NCBI GenBank assembly: GCA_963817895.1
Contig: CAWFQB010000005.1
Coordinates: 256,001-320,000 of the forward strand
Direction: 5' to 3'
DNA length: 64,000 nt
Origin: an uncultured Chthonomonadaceae bacterium
Lineage (GTDB): Bacteria > Armatimonadota > Chthonomonadetes > Chthonomonadales > Chthonomonadaceae
Positions 1-10,058 of this stretch are shown here, piece after piece (within the stretch, counting starts at the first letter, position 1; every line of letters starts with the position of its first letter). Under the pieces are notes generated by a model that saw nothing but the letters and a program-made list of their open reading frames with translations, was not told the origin of the DNA and did not search any database. The translations under genes and the position numbers were made by a program.

Positions 1-504
1 CGCGACGGGTGACGTATTGGCGATCAGGCACAAACACGCGGCCTGAAACGGCTTGAAACCCAACCCCACCAGCATCGCCGCGCAAATCGCGACGGGAGTT
101 CCCGCCCCCGCCGCCCCTTCCAAAAACGCCCCGAAACAAAACGCGATAAGAACCGCCTGTAACCGATGATCCGGCGACAACCCGGCAACGGACTCCTTGA
201 TACGCGCAAAGCAGCCGGTTTCTACCGTGATGTTGTACAGCAGCATCGCCCCCGCCAGCACATACCCGATGGGCAGCAAAGCGAACAACGCTCCATTCAT
301 AAATGCCAGCGACGCCATGCGAACAGGCATCCCATACACCCAGACGGCCACCACAAAGGCAGCAATCGCGCCGCCCGCAGCCGCAAGCGGAACCGGGGCG
401 CGTTTGACGACCAGAAGGGCAAACAACACCAATACAGGCAAAGCCGCCAATAAAATGCACAGCGGAACCGACGACAGTGGATGGTAGTTTTGGGTATAAA
501 TCAT
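1..504 (-). CDS. lctP: L-lactate permease (LctP/LldP family), 5' part; runs off the window edge
   Basis: Manual translation from ATG 504 (not in the ORF track): MIYTQNYHPLSSVPLCILLAALPVLVLF...DHRLQAVLIAFCFGAFLEGAAGAGTPVAICAAMLVGLGFKPFQAACLCLIANTSPVA, which carries the LctP signature motifs. Confidence 0.9.
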   Translation of the reverse strand, partial: MIYTQNYHPLSSVPLCILLAALPVLVLFALLVVKRAPVPLAAAGGAIAAFVVAVWVYGMPVRMASLAFMNGALFALLPIGYVLAGAMLLYNITVETGCFARIKESVAGLSPDHRLQAVLIAFCFGAFLEGAAGAGTPVAICAAMLVGLGFKPFQAACLCLIANTSPVA

Positions 505-645
505 GGGGACGCTTCTTTGCGTTAAATGTCAGATACAGCCGCTCCCGGCAAAGACGTAATGGTTGTGTGGTAGAGGATGATGTCGCAACAATGTTCGAGG
601 GGGCGTCCACTTTCCGTATGTACAGAACAACGGTACATTAACCAG

Positions 646-2716
646 CTACCCCTTTTGGTCACTTTGTTCCTTGTTTTGTTCCTCAGCTTTCCATTTTGCT
701 ATAGCTACTTGACGTTCTTCGCGTTCCTTCTCCATATCCGCCTTCATCATATCAAGATGTAGTTTTTCCATAGATTCTCGTGTCTCACCTTTAGGTATTT
801 CACTATGGAAGCGTTGCATATATTCTAAAGAACTCATTTTATTCCCCATAGTATCGAAACTATAGGCAGCAATTTGGTCTTTTGCTTCAGGATCGTCCAA
901 CATACCAGGGATTTTACGTACAATGGGCAACGATTTTGCCTTTGTCTTTGCCTCCTTCCGTATGCGTGTAAGAAGAGGGTAAAAGGCATGCTGTTTGTTC
1001 TGTTGTATGTTGAGCGGCAGGGATAATTGCTTTATTAGCTCGGTTTCTACCTGCCAGGGCTTTTCCTCTGCAATCCAACATACAAAAGCGTTCTCCTGCA
1101 TCCAATCACTAAGTCGGGTTTCATTTTCGCCAAAGGTCATGCGCTTACCGCTCCCAACTCGCCACAACTCTATACCTAAAAGGCAGCCGAGTGTCAGGCG
1201 CAACGTGGAACCTTCCGCATTCCCCTGATAGTGGTTTCTAAGACGATGTCGTAATGTCGTCGCGCTATCGCTGACTGCGGAAGCCTTCCGGGGCGCAATA
1301 CCTACATACAGGAGATGTTTCCCCTCCCTTTCCTGACAGTCTCCAAGAGGAACGCGAATATCTGAAATCCTTTCGAGTTCTTTAATTCCTTGAAACCACC
1401 AGGCGTAAACGCCCGAGGATTTAGGAACTGGACCGGGGTACGTAAGCACCTCCGCTCTGGAATAAAGACGTGTCGGTTCTAAGTAGGTCGTTGTTGTAAG
1501 TTCGTAGTTTCCTCGTGCGCCTGGCGCAGATGCTCGGCCTTTTCTTGCAGCGCCTTGTCTACGGCCTGCTTGAGATCAGCCACTTCCTTGTAACTGCGCG
1601 TGGGCATCTGGTGATGCTTGACCGCGTTCCAGATTGGCTCGATCTCGGAGAGTTCCGGCGAGTAAGACGGCAGCGACACCAGCCAGATGTCGGCGGCTTC
1701 GAGTTGCGGCAGGGCGTCTTGGACGGTCTGGCTCTTATGCGCCGAGTAGTTGCCCACGATTACCATAAGCGGACGCTCCCGTTTCCAGTCCTCTGCGTAC
1801 CCGGTCGGTCGTCCCGCCAAGCGCCAGAGGAAGGCGACATAGCGTTGCGCGTCAATGCTACCGATCTCGTCTAAGGTCAATCCATAACTGTGTGCCACTT
1901 GTTCGGGCGTCTTGCGCTTGGCTTTGCGGGCATGGGGCGGCAGTTGCGCCCAACTCTGATACACGAAGCGACCAGCCAACGGCCCATGCGAGAAGTAGCC
2001 GCCAATGGCATTGACGCGCCTTCCCTGCGGTGCTTCATAAGGAATGCGCAACCGCTCCCCGACGGGAAACCAACTATAACACACGGGTAAGGTGGGCGCA
2101 AACCCGGCTTCATCGACATCGACCACGTCGATCAACCCGGCATCGCCCCCTTTTTCAAGGTCTCGAGGGTCGCTTGCTTGTGGGCAACTTCTCGGCCTTT
2201 TGCTTATGTTTGAGACTGCGGCTGGTGCGTTTGTAGCGCAAGTCCGCGCGTTTGAGATGGACGCGCACCCAATCGGCACTCAGATGCACCTGATGCTCTT
2301 GCGCCAACCAGTCGGCCAGTTGCCCCGCTGTCCAAGTCCGCTCGCCCTGGCTCACAAGGGCAACCAGGGCGTCGCACAACTCTGGAGTCAACACTGAGGT
2401 TTTGCCGCCGCGCGGCTTGTTGGAGAGCGCGTCAAAGCCGCCGTCGAGATAGGCTTTGATCCAGTAGCGCACCGTTTGTTCATGCTGGCGCAGGTGACGC
2501 GCAATCTTAGGGATGCTCCAGCCTGCATCCGAAAGGCGCAGCATCTCCAGACGGTCGCGCGTACACGGCGCAACTCCGACTTGGTGGGCGCGGCGGTCAA
2601 GTTCAACACGTTGTTCTGCCGTCAGAGTAACACGGTACATAGGTGGCTTCTTTCCTCCACCTCTTTCTACGAACTTTGACCCACGATTTACTTAGTAGAG
2701 CATGGGTATCTATCAT
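646..2716 (-). pseudogene. GIY-YIG family nuclease, interrupted after codon 8 by IS630 (body 646-1479, first codons 2693-2716)
   Basis: Motifs GVYAWWF, LLYVGIA and TLRHRLRNHY. Removing the IS and one TA copy restores an in-frame MIDTHALL-EPTRLYSRAEVLTYPGPVP from ATG 2716. Confidence 0.8.
1482..2692 (-). mobile_element. IS630-family insertion sequence; transposase split into HTH part (2155-2640) and DDE part (1479 to about 2160)
   Basis: TA duplication at 1480-1481 and 2693-2694 in a CTAG target. Imperfect terminal inverted repeats AGTAGGTCGTTG / AGTAAATCGTGG. Motifs DEAGF and LPSYSPELSEIEPIW. Confidence 0.92.
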
Positions 2717-2774
2717 CAAATGGTTTCCTGTCTTCATCCCACGGCACTAATGAGGCTGTATGATATGTGTCTTA

Positions 2775-4135
2775 GGGTCGGTAAATCTATAAGTTCCCGG
2801 TTCAACCGGGCTAAGTCGTTTCTCTCGGGCGTAGGGTGTAGTTCCATTGGGGACACACTTCATGCCTGGTCAGGTTTAGCGCGGCCATCACGTCCTCGGC
2901 AACCGCAATGCCTTTCTGATACACTTGCGTGATCAGATGCGCCGTGACTTTCAAGCCCGTCAGCGTGGTGGTCTGGCGCAAGTAGTGCAATACTGTGTCG
3001 TAATCGCGCAGAGGACACCCGGCCCACGTCTTGCTGATCTCGCTGAACACGCGGTGTTCAATCGGGTTCCATTTCGAGCAACCGGTGGGCAAGTGGCACA
3101 CGGTTACTTCCAGGCCGAAGCGATCCGCAATCTTCTCCTGGAGTTGCTGCTTCCAGAGTTTACAGCGATAGCCGTTGCTGCCGCCACAATCGCTATGCAG
3201 CAACAACTGCGTGGCGTGGGGGTAGCGTACCGGCATCTCCGTTTCGCGCCAGTGGGCGAGATTGTCTACGGCGAACTCTCCGGTGTCGGCAGACTGTCCG
3301 ACATACACGGTCGCCTGATTGTGAGCAATGTCGTACACGCCGTAGGGAACCGCGCGCCCTATACCCTCACGGGGAAAGTCATGCGCGTTGACGGCTTCGG
3401 CTTCTTGACACCAGATGCGCCCTGCGTTCTTGAAGTCGCCGAGCAGTTCCTTCTTCTTGGTGTCAACGGAGAGTACCGGTTGCCCCGCTGCCACAAACGC
3501 GGCGCGCTGTTGCTGTAAGTAGACGAACTGCGTGTCGCGCTCAGGCGGGTTGCTGACTTCGCGTTCTTTGACGTTGGCGCGCAGACGATAGTCGCGCTTC
3601 TTGAGCAAACGGCTCAACACAGGAAGACTGACCCCATGCGCCTTCGCCTGCAAATGTACTTGCAAATCGCGCAGGCGCACGTTGAGCCACTTGGTCGTGG
3701 TCATCGGATCGCCTGCCGTGTACGGTTCAACGGCCTCCTGTAAGGCGGCTTCTAAGGGTGTGTCTTTTTTTCAGCGGCGAAGCGTCCGCCCCCCTCCTGC
3801 CGCTGCCGTTGGACGGGAACGTCGCGCAGGTCGGCTTGCAGTTCGCGCTTGCCGCGCCGGATGGTTTTTTCCTCCAAGCCCGTGATACAGGAGAGTGGCT
3901 CCTCTGTCGGCGCGTGCGGAGCCAGCAGGAGGGAACCCACATACCAACGGCGTTGCGGTTCGTTAAGGCGACTGAGCAGCACATTGATGTGGTGATGTTG
4001 CTGCACGATACTGGCATCTGTCGCGTTTTGGCAGACGGAGCAAGCGCACACATGCACCGGAGGAGTAGGTTCAGGCGGAGGTGTTTTCATACTCCTGAGT
4101 TTACCCCATCCGGGAAATTATACATTTACGGTCCC
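2775..4135 (-). mobile_element. ISAzo13-family insertion sequence; transposase in two frames (3752-4090 and 2811 to about 3770)
   Basis: 26-bp terminal inverted repeats GGGTCGGTAAATCTATAAGTTCCCGG / GGGACCGTAAATGTATAATTTCCCGG. 3-bp TTA direct repeats. Motifs SVDTKKKE, DCGGSNG and SKWNPIEHR. A7G slippery site near 3764-3771. Confidence 0.92.
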
Positions 4136-4160
4136 TTAGTATTCACGATGGTTATCATAT

Positions 4161-5063
4161 CTACGGTTTGAGATGCTTATCGAAGAAGGCGAACATGGCG
4201 GCATCGGCTTTTTGGGCGTATTCGCCGCCGAAACCGTGTCCCGCGCCCTCCAGCGTGAGCAGTTCGGCCTCCACGCCCGCCGCTTTCAGTTTGTCCACAA
4301 GCCACACGGCCTGCTCGTAAGCCACATAATTGTCTTTGGTTCCGTGAACGCACAGGGTTGGCGCGGCGTGGGGCGTGACCCAGTACAGCGGGCTGGCGAG
4401 AATATGCTTTTGCCGCGCCTGTTCCAGATTGCCGCCTAAAAACATCGGCAGCACTTCCGCCGCGTCCACGCTTTTGCCATAGGATTTGGTGAAATCGCTC
4501 GGCCCGTAGTAGTTGACCACGCAGGCCACGCGGCTGGACTGATCGTAATTGCCCTCGTTCTCGCTTTTGCCCTCGAATTCGGCCACATCTCCCGTCACGC
4601 CCAAAAACTGCGCCAGATGCCCGCCCGCCGAGCCGCCCGTAACGCCGATACGATTTGGGTCAACGTGGTATTTAGCGGCATTGGCGCGAAGCCAGCGCAC
4701 AGAAGCTTTCACATCATGGATGGCGGCGGGAAACGGGTATTTGGGCGTCAGTCGGTACTCCACCGTTGCCGCCACATAGCCCCGTTCGGCAAACTGCCGT
4801 ATCAACCCGTCATAACCGTGCCGGTCGCCCGCCCGAAACCCGCCGCCGTGAATGCACAGCACGGCGGGAAACGGCCCCTTCCCCTCTGAGGGCCGCGCCA
4901 GATTTACCATCAGATGCTGATTGTCCGGGTTGGCATACTCGACATCGTTCTCCACAACGATTCTGCCCCCGCCCTCCTTCTGTTGCGCAAACGCGGGAAC
5001 AACGCCAAAACAGAGGAAGATGAGAAGAAATGTCGCAAATCGCAGCAGGGGAAGTCGGCTCAT
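4161..5063 (-). CDS. secreted alpha/beta hydrolase (esterase/lipase)
   Basis: Signal peptide, IHGGGF, GGSAGG nucleophile elbow, HGTKD and GAGHG. Confidence 0.9.
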   Translation of the reverse strand: MSRLPLLRFATFLLIFLCFGVVPAFAQQKEGGGRIVVENDVEYANPDNQHLMVNLARPSEGKGPFPAVLCIHGGGFRAGDRHGYDGLIRQFAERGYVAATVEYRLTPKYPFPAAIHDVKASVRWLRANAAKYHVDPNRIGVTGGSAGGHLAQFLGVTGDVAEFEGKSENEGNYDQSSRVACVVNYYGPSDFTKSYGKSVDAAEVLPMFLGGNLEQARQKHILASPLYWVTPHAAPTLCVHGTKDNYVAYEQAVWLVDKLKAAGVEAELLTLEGAGHGFGGEYAQKADAAMFAFFDKHLKP

Positions 5064-5132
5064 AGAAGTCCTCCCGGAACTTGGATATAGTTTGACCAGT
5101 GGTTGAAAATGCCTGTTTGCGTACCGTTCCGC

Positions 5133-5190
5133 GTAGGGACATAACATGTTATGTCCTCTGCACATCGGACATAACGTGTTATGTCCCTAC
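5133..5190. repeat. GTAG-type REP-like doublet (two inverted palindromes)
   Basis: GTAGGGACATAACATGTTATGTCC-tctgcacatc-GGACATAACGTGTTATGTCCCTAC. Confidence 0.75.
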
Positions 5191-5360
5191 GGACGCAAAT
5201 TTATGCAACAAACAGTCGCGTCCGAAGGACGCTTGGCGGAACGCCACGCAGACGGGTACTTTCAGTGCCCGGAACTAACGGCCGCGATGTGCCTGTGTAT
5301 TGCATGAACAGGCTGTCAATTCCTGCTGCAATTTCAAAGGTTTTGCAAATACGTGGGAAT

Positions 5361-6314
5361 TTATAATTTACGGAGCCATACGCGCTGTACAGCGTGGTCG
5401 GAACCTTTTTGGAGGATGAGGTTGGCGCGTTCGCGGGTGGGGAGGATATTTTCGCGCAGGTTGACGCCGTTGATGCGTTTCCAGATGCCCCGCGCCGTTT
5501 GTTCGGCCTCGTCTGCGGACAATTCGGCGTAGTGGTGAAAAAACGAGGTCGGGTCTTGAAAGGCGGTTTCGCGCAGACGGAAGAAACGGGACAGAAACCA
5601 CTGCTCGATGTCGGCCTCGTCCGCGTCCACGTACAGCGAAAAATCGAAAAAATCGGAAACCAGTACGCGCGACGACTCTCCCGACGAGTCGCCGCGCTGC
5701 AACACGTTCAAGCCCTCTAAAATTAGAATGTCGGGCTGATGGACGGTTTGCAGCTTGTCCGGCACGATGTCATAGCGCAGATGCGAATAGATGGGCGCGG
5801 TCGCCGTCTCCTCGCCGGATTTCACGTCGCGCACAAAGCGCACCAGTCGGCGCAAATCGTAGCTTTCGGGAAAGCCCTTACGGTGCATGATGCCGCGCTC
5901 TTCCAGAACGGCGTTCGGATACAAAAACCCATCCGTCGTCACCAAATCTACGTGGGGATGATTGGGCCAGCGCGACAACAGCGCCTGCAAAATACGCGCC
6001 GTCGTGCTTTTGCCCACTGCCACGCTGCCCGCCAGCCCGATCACATACGGCACTTTGGGCGCGGGACTGTCCAGAAACGTAGACGTGACGCGATGCAGTT
6101 GCTGCGTGGCCGTAACGTACAGATTGAGCAGGCGCGAAATCGGCAGGTGAATTGCCTCTACCTCCTGCAACGAAATGCGCTCATTGATGCCGCGCAGGGC
6201 GTTCAAATCCGCTTCCGTCAGCGTCAGCGGCGTGGACGCCCGCAGTTGCGCCCATTCCTCCCGCGAAAACGATAAAAAGGGGAGAGTTGAATTCAGTACA
6301 GGAGCAGAGGACAC
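5361..6314 (-). CDS. coaA: type I pantothenate kinase
   Basis: Walker [39 protein letters not shown]. Confidence 0.97.
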   Translation of the reverse strand: MSSAPVLNSTLPFLSFSREEWAQLRASTPLTLTEADLNALRGINERISLQEVEAIHLPISRLLNLYVTATQQLHRVTSTFLDSPAPKVPYVIGLAGSVAVGKSTTARILQALLSRWPNHPHVDLVTTDGFLYPNAVLEERGIMHRKGFPESYDLRRLVRFVRDVKSGEETATAPIYSHLRYDIVPDKLQTVHQPDILILEGLNVLQRGDSSGESSRVLVSDFFDFSLYVDADEADIEQWFLSRFFRLRETAFQDPTSFFHHYAELSADEAEQTARGIWKRINGVNLRENILPTRERANLILQKGSDHAVQRVWLRKL

Positions 6315-6335
6315 GATTGGTTTCTCCTGAAGGTG

Positions 6336-7400
6336 TTACCACGAACGCGCGTACTGTGGCGGGGAGGGAATCTCCTGACGCAGTTCTTTGGCGGCGCGGC
6401 AGGGCCAATACGGATCACGCAGCAGTTCCCGCGCCAGCAACACCGCGTCGGCCTGCCCGGTTCGGATAATATGGTCGGCCTGCGCGGGACTGGTAATCAT
6501 GCCGACCGCGCCCGTGAGAATGTCCGCTTCGCGCCGGATGCGGGCAGCAAACTCGGTCTGATAGCCCGGTCCGACAGGGATTTCGGCGCGGGGCACGTTG
6601 CCGCCCGAAGAGCAGTCTATCAAATCCACTCCGAATTGTTTCAACTGCCGGGACACTTCAATGGACTGTTCCACATCCCAACCGCCCTCCGTCCAATCCG
6701 TTGCGGAAATTCGCGCAAAAAGCGGAAGGTTTTCCGGCCAGTGACGGCGAATCTCTTGAGCAACCTCATATAGCAGGCGGGCGCGGTTGGCAAAACTGCC
6801 GCCGTAACCATCTGCGCGCCGGTTGCTCAGGGGCGATAAAAACTCGTGCAGCAGATACCCGTGCGCGGCGTGTATCTCAATCACCTGGAACTCGGCTTCC
6901 AGAGCGCGTCGCGCGGCGACGCCCCAAAGATTGACGTGGGCCTGCATATCGGCCTCATCCAGTGCCTGCGGCGTCTGATAACCATCCGCAAAAGGAATCG
7001 CGCTCGGCCCGATAATCGGCTCCCATCCGCCCTGTTCGGGAGTGACGGGCTTGCCGCCCTCCCACATTCGCGCCGTGCTTGCTTTACGTCCGGCATGAGC
7101 CAGTTGAACACCCGCGATTGCGCCGTGTTCGCGCATAAATCGGTTGATGCGCCGCAGGGGTTCAATATGCGCGTCCTGATACAGGCCCAAATCCTGCGGG
7201 CTGATACGCCCGCGCGGTTCAACTGCTGCGGCTTCGGTGATAACAAGCCCCGCGCCGCCAACCGCGCGGCTGCCGAGATGCACAACATGCCACTCGTTGG
7301 CAAATCCGTCTTCGCTGCTGTACTGGCACATCGGGGACACGACAATGCGATTACGAAACGCGACGCCGCGAATTTGCAGGGGTGAAAAAAGATGCGTCAT
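6336..7400 (-). CDS. namA: NADH:flavin oxidoreductase (old yellow enzyme, YqjM/NamA-like)
   Basis: NRIVVSPMCQYS; QLAHAGRKAS; EIHAAHGYLLHEFLSP; RELLRDPYW. Confidence 0.93.
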   Translation of the reverse strand: MTHLFSPLQIRGVAFRNRIVVSPMCQYSSEDGFANEWHVVHLGSRAVGGAGLVITEAAAVEPRGRISPQDLGLYQDAHIEPLRRINRFMREHGAIAGVQLAHAGRKASTARMWEGGKPVTPEQGGWEPIIGPSAIPFADGYQTPQALDEADMQAHVNLWGVAARRALEAEFQVIEIHAAHGYLLHEFLSPLSNRRADGYGGSFANRARLLYEVAQEIRRHWPENLPLFARISATDWTEGGWDVEQSIEVSRQLKQFGVDLIDCSSGGNVPRAEIPVGPGYQTEFAARIRREADILTGAVGMITSPAQADHIIRTGQADAVLLARELLRDPYWPCRAAKELRQEIPSPPQYARSW

Positions 7401-7553
7401 GGTAGCTTGCTTTCTAACTTGGCTTTAAAAGTGAAACCGCGCAACGGCGTTGAGACAGAGTTGTTACGCGCATACGCGCAGGAGAGTTGCGTACTCAACT
7501 GCCTCCTCCTTCGCGCAAAACGGCCTGAAATATTCTTCTGGAGAATCAAACTT

Positions 7554-8552
7554 ATGAAACGTTCCCTTCTCGCGCTGTTTGCCACTGTCGGCTGCGCGGT
7601 TCTGTTCGGCTGCGGTCAGCAGAAAGATGTTGCCGATACGCCCACTCCCGCGCCCACCGGAACCGCCACGCCCGCGCCCAAAGATACTGGCGGCAAATCC
7701 AAAGGAACCATCGGCGTCTCTCTGCTCACGCTTACCAACCCGTTCTTCAAGACCATCGGCGATACCATGACCGAGGAGGGGAAGAAACAGGGTTACGATG
7801 TTACCGTGGTTGCGGGCGAAAATGACCCCGCCCGCCAAAAAGATCAGGTGGAGGATTTCATCGTCAAGAAAGTCAGCGCGATTGTGCTTTCCCCCTGCGA
7901 CTCGCGTTCCATCGGCACGGCCATTCAGGACGCCAACAAAGCGGGCATTCCCGTGTTTACCGCCGATATTGCCTGTCTGGACAAGGCCGCCAAAGTCACT
8001 TCGCACGTCGCGACCGACAACTACTCCGGCGGCAAACTGGCCGGGGAAGCGATGGTGGAAGCGCTTGGCGGCAAGGGCAAAGTCGCCATTCTGGATTACC
8101 CCGAAGTGGAATCCGTCATTCTGCGCACCAAAGGTTTCAAGGAAGTCATCAGCGCCCACAAGGATATACAAATCGTCGCCACGCTTCCGGGCGGCGGGGA
8201 CCGGGACAAATCGTTCAGCGCGGCGCAGGACATTTTGCAGGGCAACCCGCAGCTTGACGGCATTTTCGCCATCAACGACCCGTCCGCATTGGGCGCGGTG
8301 GCCGCATTGGAAAAAGCGGGACGCGCCGACAAGGTGAAAGTGATCGGCTTCGACGGTCAGATGGAGGCCCGCAAAGCGATCAAAGAGGGCAAAATCTACG
8401 CCGACGCCATTCAGTACCCGGACAAAATCGCGCAAATGACCATTGCCACGATCACAAAATACATGGCCGGCGAAAAGGTGGCACCCGAAGTGCTGATTCC
8501 CACCCAACTCTACCACAAGGCCGAAGCGCAGGCGGATACAACAGTCAAGTGA
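7554..8552 (+). CDS. sugar ABC transporter substrate-binding lipoprotein (RbsB-like)
   Basis: Lipobox LFGC; NPFF; ATDNYSGG; GIFAIND; VIGFDG. Confidence 0.92.
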   Translation: MKRSLLALFATVGCAVLFGCGQQKDVADTPTPAPTGTATPAPKDTGGKSKGTIGVSLLTLTNPFFKTIGDTMTEEGKKQGYDVTVVAGENDPARQKDQVEDFIVKKVSAIVLSPCDSRSIGTAIQDANKAGIPVFTADIACLDKAAKVTSHVATDNYSGGKLAGEAMVEALGGKGKVAILDYPEVESVILRTKGFKEVISAHKDIQIVATLPGGGDRDKSFSAAQDILQGNPQLDGIFAINDPSALGAVAALEKAGRADKVKVIGFDGQMEARKAIKEGKIYADAIQYPDKIAQMTIATITKYMAGEKVAPEVLIPTQLYHKAEAQADTTVK

Positions 8553-9871
8553 AAAAAGCAGACCTGCGACGATTTATGCTGGCGTATGGGATGCTGGCCG
8601 TCCTGATTGCCCTGTGCGGCTTTTTTGCCGTTGCCACCTACCATCAGGAGGTTCCTGTCGGGCAGGAGGGCGGCGAGTCGCTGGCAACGGACATTCTTGC
8701 CCTATCGCCCCGTCCCTCCCTGCTTGCCATTGTGGTCACGCCGGGTGATAACGACAAAGAGTTCGGGGACGCGCTGGAAAAGCGTTTCGCCGCAGAGCAT
8801 GTGCCGGTTGTCGCCCGCATTGCGGGCAACCCGCCCGACGCGCGAGAGGAACTGGAAAAGTTAGCCACTGCCGGTAAGGTTCCCGATGTGATAGCGACAA
8901 CCGTTCAGGCGCGGGATTGGGCCGTCTGGAACGCGCTGAAAACGCAGTTTCCCGCGTATGCGAAAACGCGGATTGTCGCGCCCGTCGGCGGCAAGCGTTC
9001 CACGTTCCTCTCGCCCGGCAACCTGCGCAACATCGCTGACCAGATTGCCGTCATCGCCATTCTCGCGGTCGGCATGACGCTGGTGATTTTGACGGGCGGC
9101 ATAGACCTGTCCGTTGGCAGCCTGATCGCGCTTTCGGCAGTGACAACGGCATGGCTGATTCACGCGGGCGGGGGCGCGAACGCTTCTTCAGGCGTGATGC
9201 TTGGAGCAGGACTGGGCGCAATCGGCGTATGTGGCGCGGTGGGCGTGTTTTCCGGCCTGATGATTACCCGGTTTCGCATCCCGCCGTTTATCGCCACGCT
9301 CGCAATGATGCAGGTGGCAAGCGGGTTGGCGTTTATCATCACGCAGGGGCAATCCCTGTACGATATTTCCCCCTCCTTTACATGGCTCGGACGGGGAACC
9401 GGCTTGTTCGGCGTCCCCAATACCGTTGTGCTGATGCTGCTCATTTATATTGTCGCGCATATCCTGATGGCGCGTTCCCGCATCGGGCGGCAGATTTATG
9501 CGGTGGGCGGCAATTCGGAAGCGTCGCGACTATCCGGCGTCAGCGTCGGCAAAACCCTGCTGTGCGTGTATCTGGTATCCGGCCTGATGGCGGGCGTGGG
9601 CGGCGTGATTACCGTTTCGCAGCTGAAAGCGGGCGCGCCCACTTACGGCAACATGTACGAACTGTACGTGATTGCCGCTGTGGTCGTGGGCGGAACCAGT
9701 CTGTCGGGCGGGCAGGGCTACATTTTCGGCACGCTTATTGGCGCGTTCATCATCGCCGTCATCCGCAACGGCATGAACCTGATGAACGTGGAACCGTACA
9801 CGCAAAAAGTGGTACTGGGATTGGTCATTTTGGGCGCCGTTCTGATTGACCGCATGAAGCGCAGAGGGTGA
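8549..9871 (+). CDS. sugar ABC transporter permease (RbsC-like) with a long extracytoplasmic insertion
   Basis: GMTLVILTGGIDLSVGS; IPPFIATL; YAVGGN; YELYVIAAVVVGGTSLSGG. Start overlaps the upstream stop (GTGA). Confidence 0.92.
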   Translation: MKKADLRRFMLAYGMLAVLIALCGFFAVATYHQEVPVGQEGGESLATDILALSPRPSLLAIVVTPGDNDKEFGDALEKRFAAEHVPVVARIAGNPPDAREELEKLATAGKVPDVIATTVQARDWAVWNALKTQFPAYAKTRIVAPVGGKRSTFLSPGNLRNIADQIAVIAILAVGMTLVILTGGIDLSVGSLIALSAVTTAWLIHAGGGANASSGVMLGAGLGAIGVCGAVGVFSGLMITRFRIPPFIATLAMMQVASGLAFIITQGQSLYDISPSFTWLGRGTGLFGVPNTVVLMLLIYIVAHILMARSRIGRQIYAVGGNSEASRLSGVSVGKTLLCVYLVSGLMAGVGGVITVSQLKAGAPTYGNMYELYVIAAVVVGGTSLSGGQGYIFGTLIGAFIIAVIRNGMNLMNVEPYTQKVVLGLVILGAVLIDRMKRRG

Positions 9872-9872
9872 T

Positions 9873-10022
9873 TGTCTTGAACCATGATTAGGCATGATTT
9901 CGATGATTACCATGATGATGCCTGCTTAACGTGAAATGCGCGTGATGAGAGGAAGGGGATGATGAACGCGCCTCCTCAATCATGGTAATCACAAAAATCA
10001 TGCCTAATCATGGTTCAAGACA
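9873..10022. repeat. inverted-repeat element with TGTCTTGAACC termini
   Basis: TGTCTTGAACCATGATTAGGCATGATTT ... AAATCATGCCTAATCATGGTTCAAGACA. Confidence 0.85.
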
Positions 10023-10058
10023 GCGCATCATGGTTCAGACAAAAAGAATTCAACAAAG

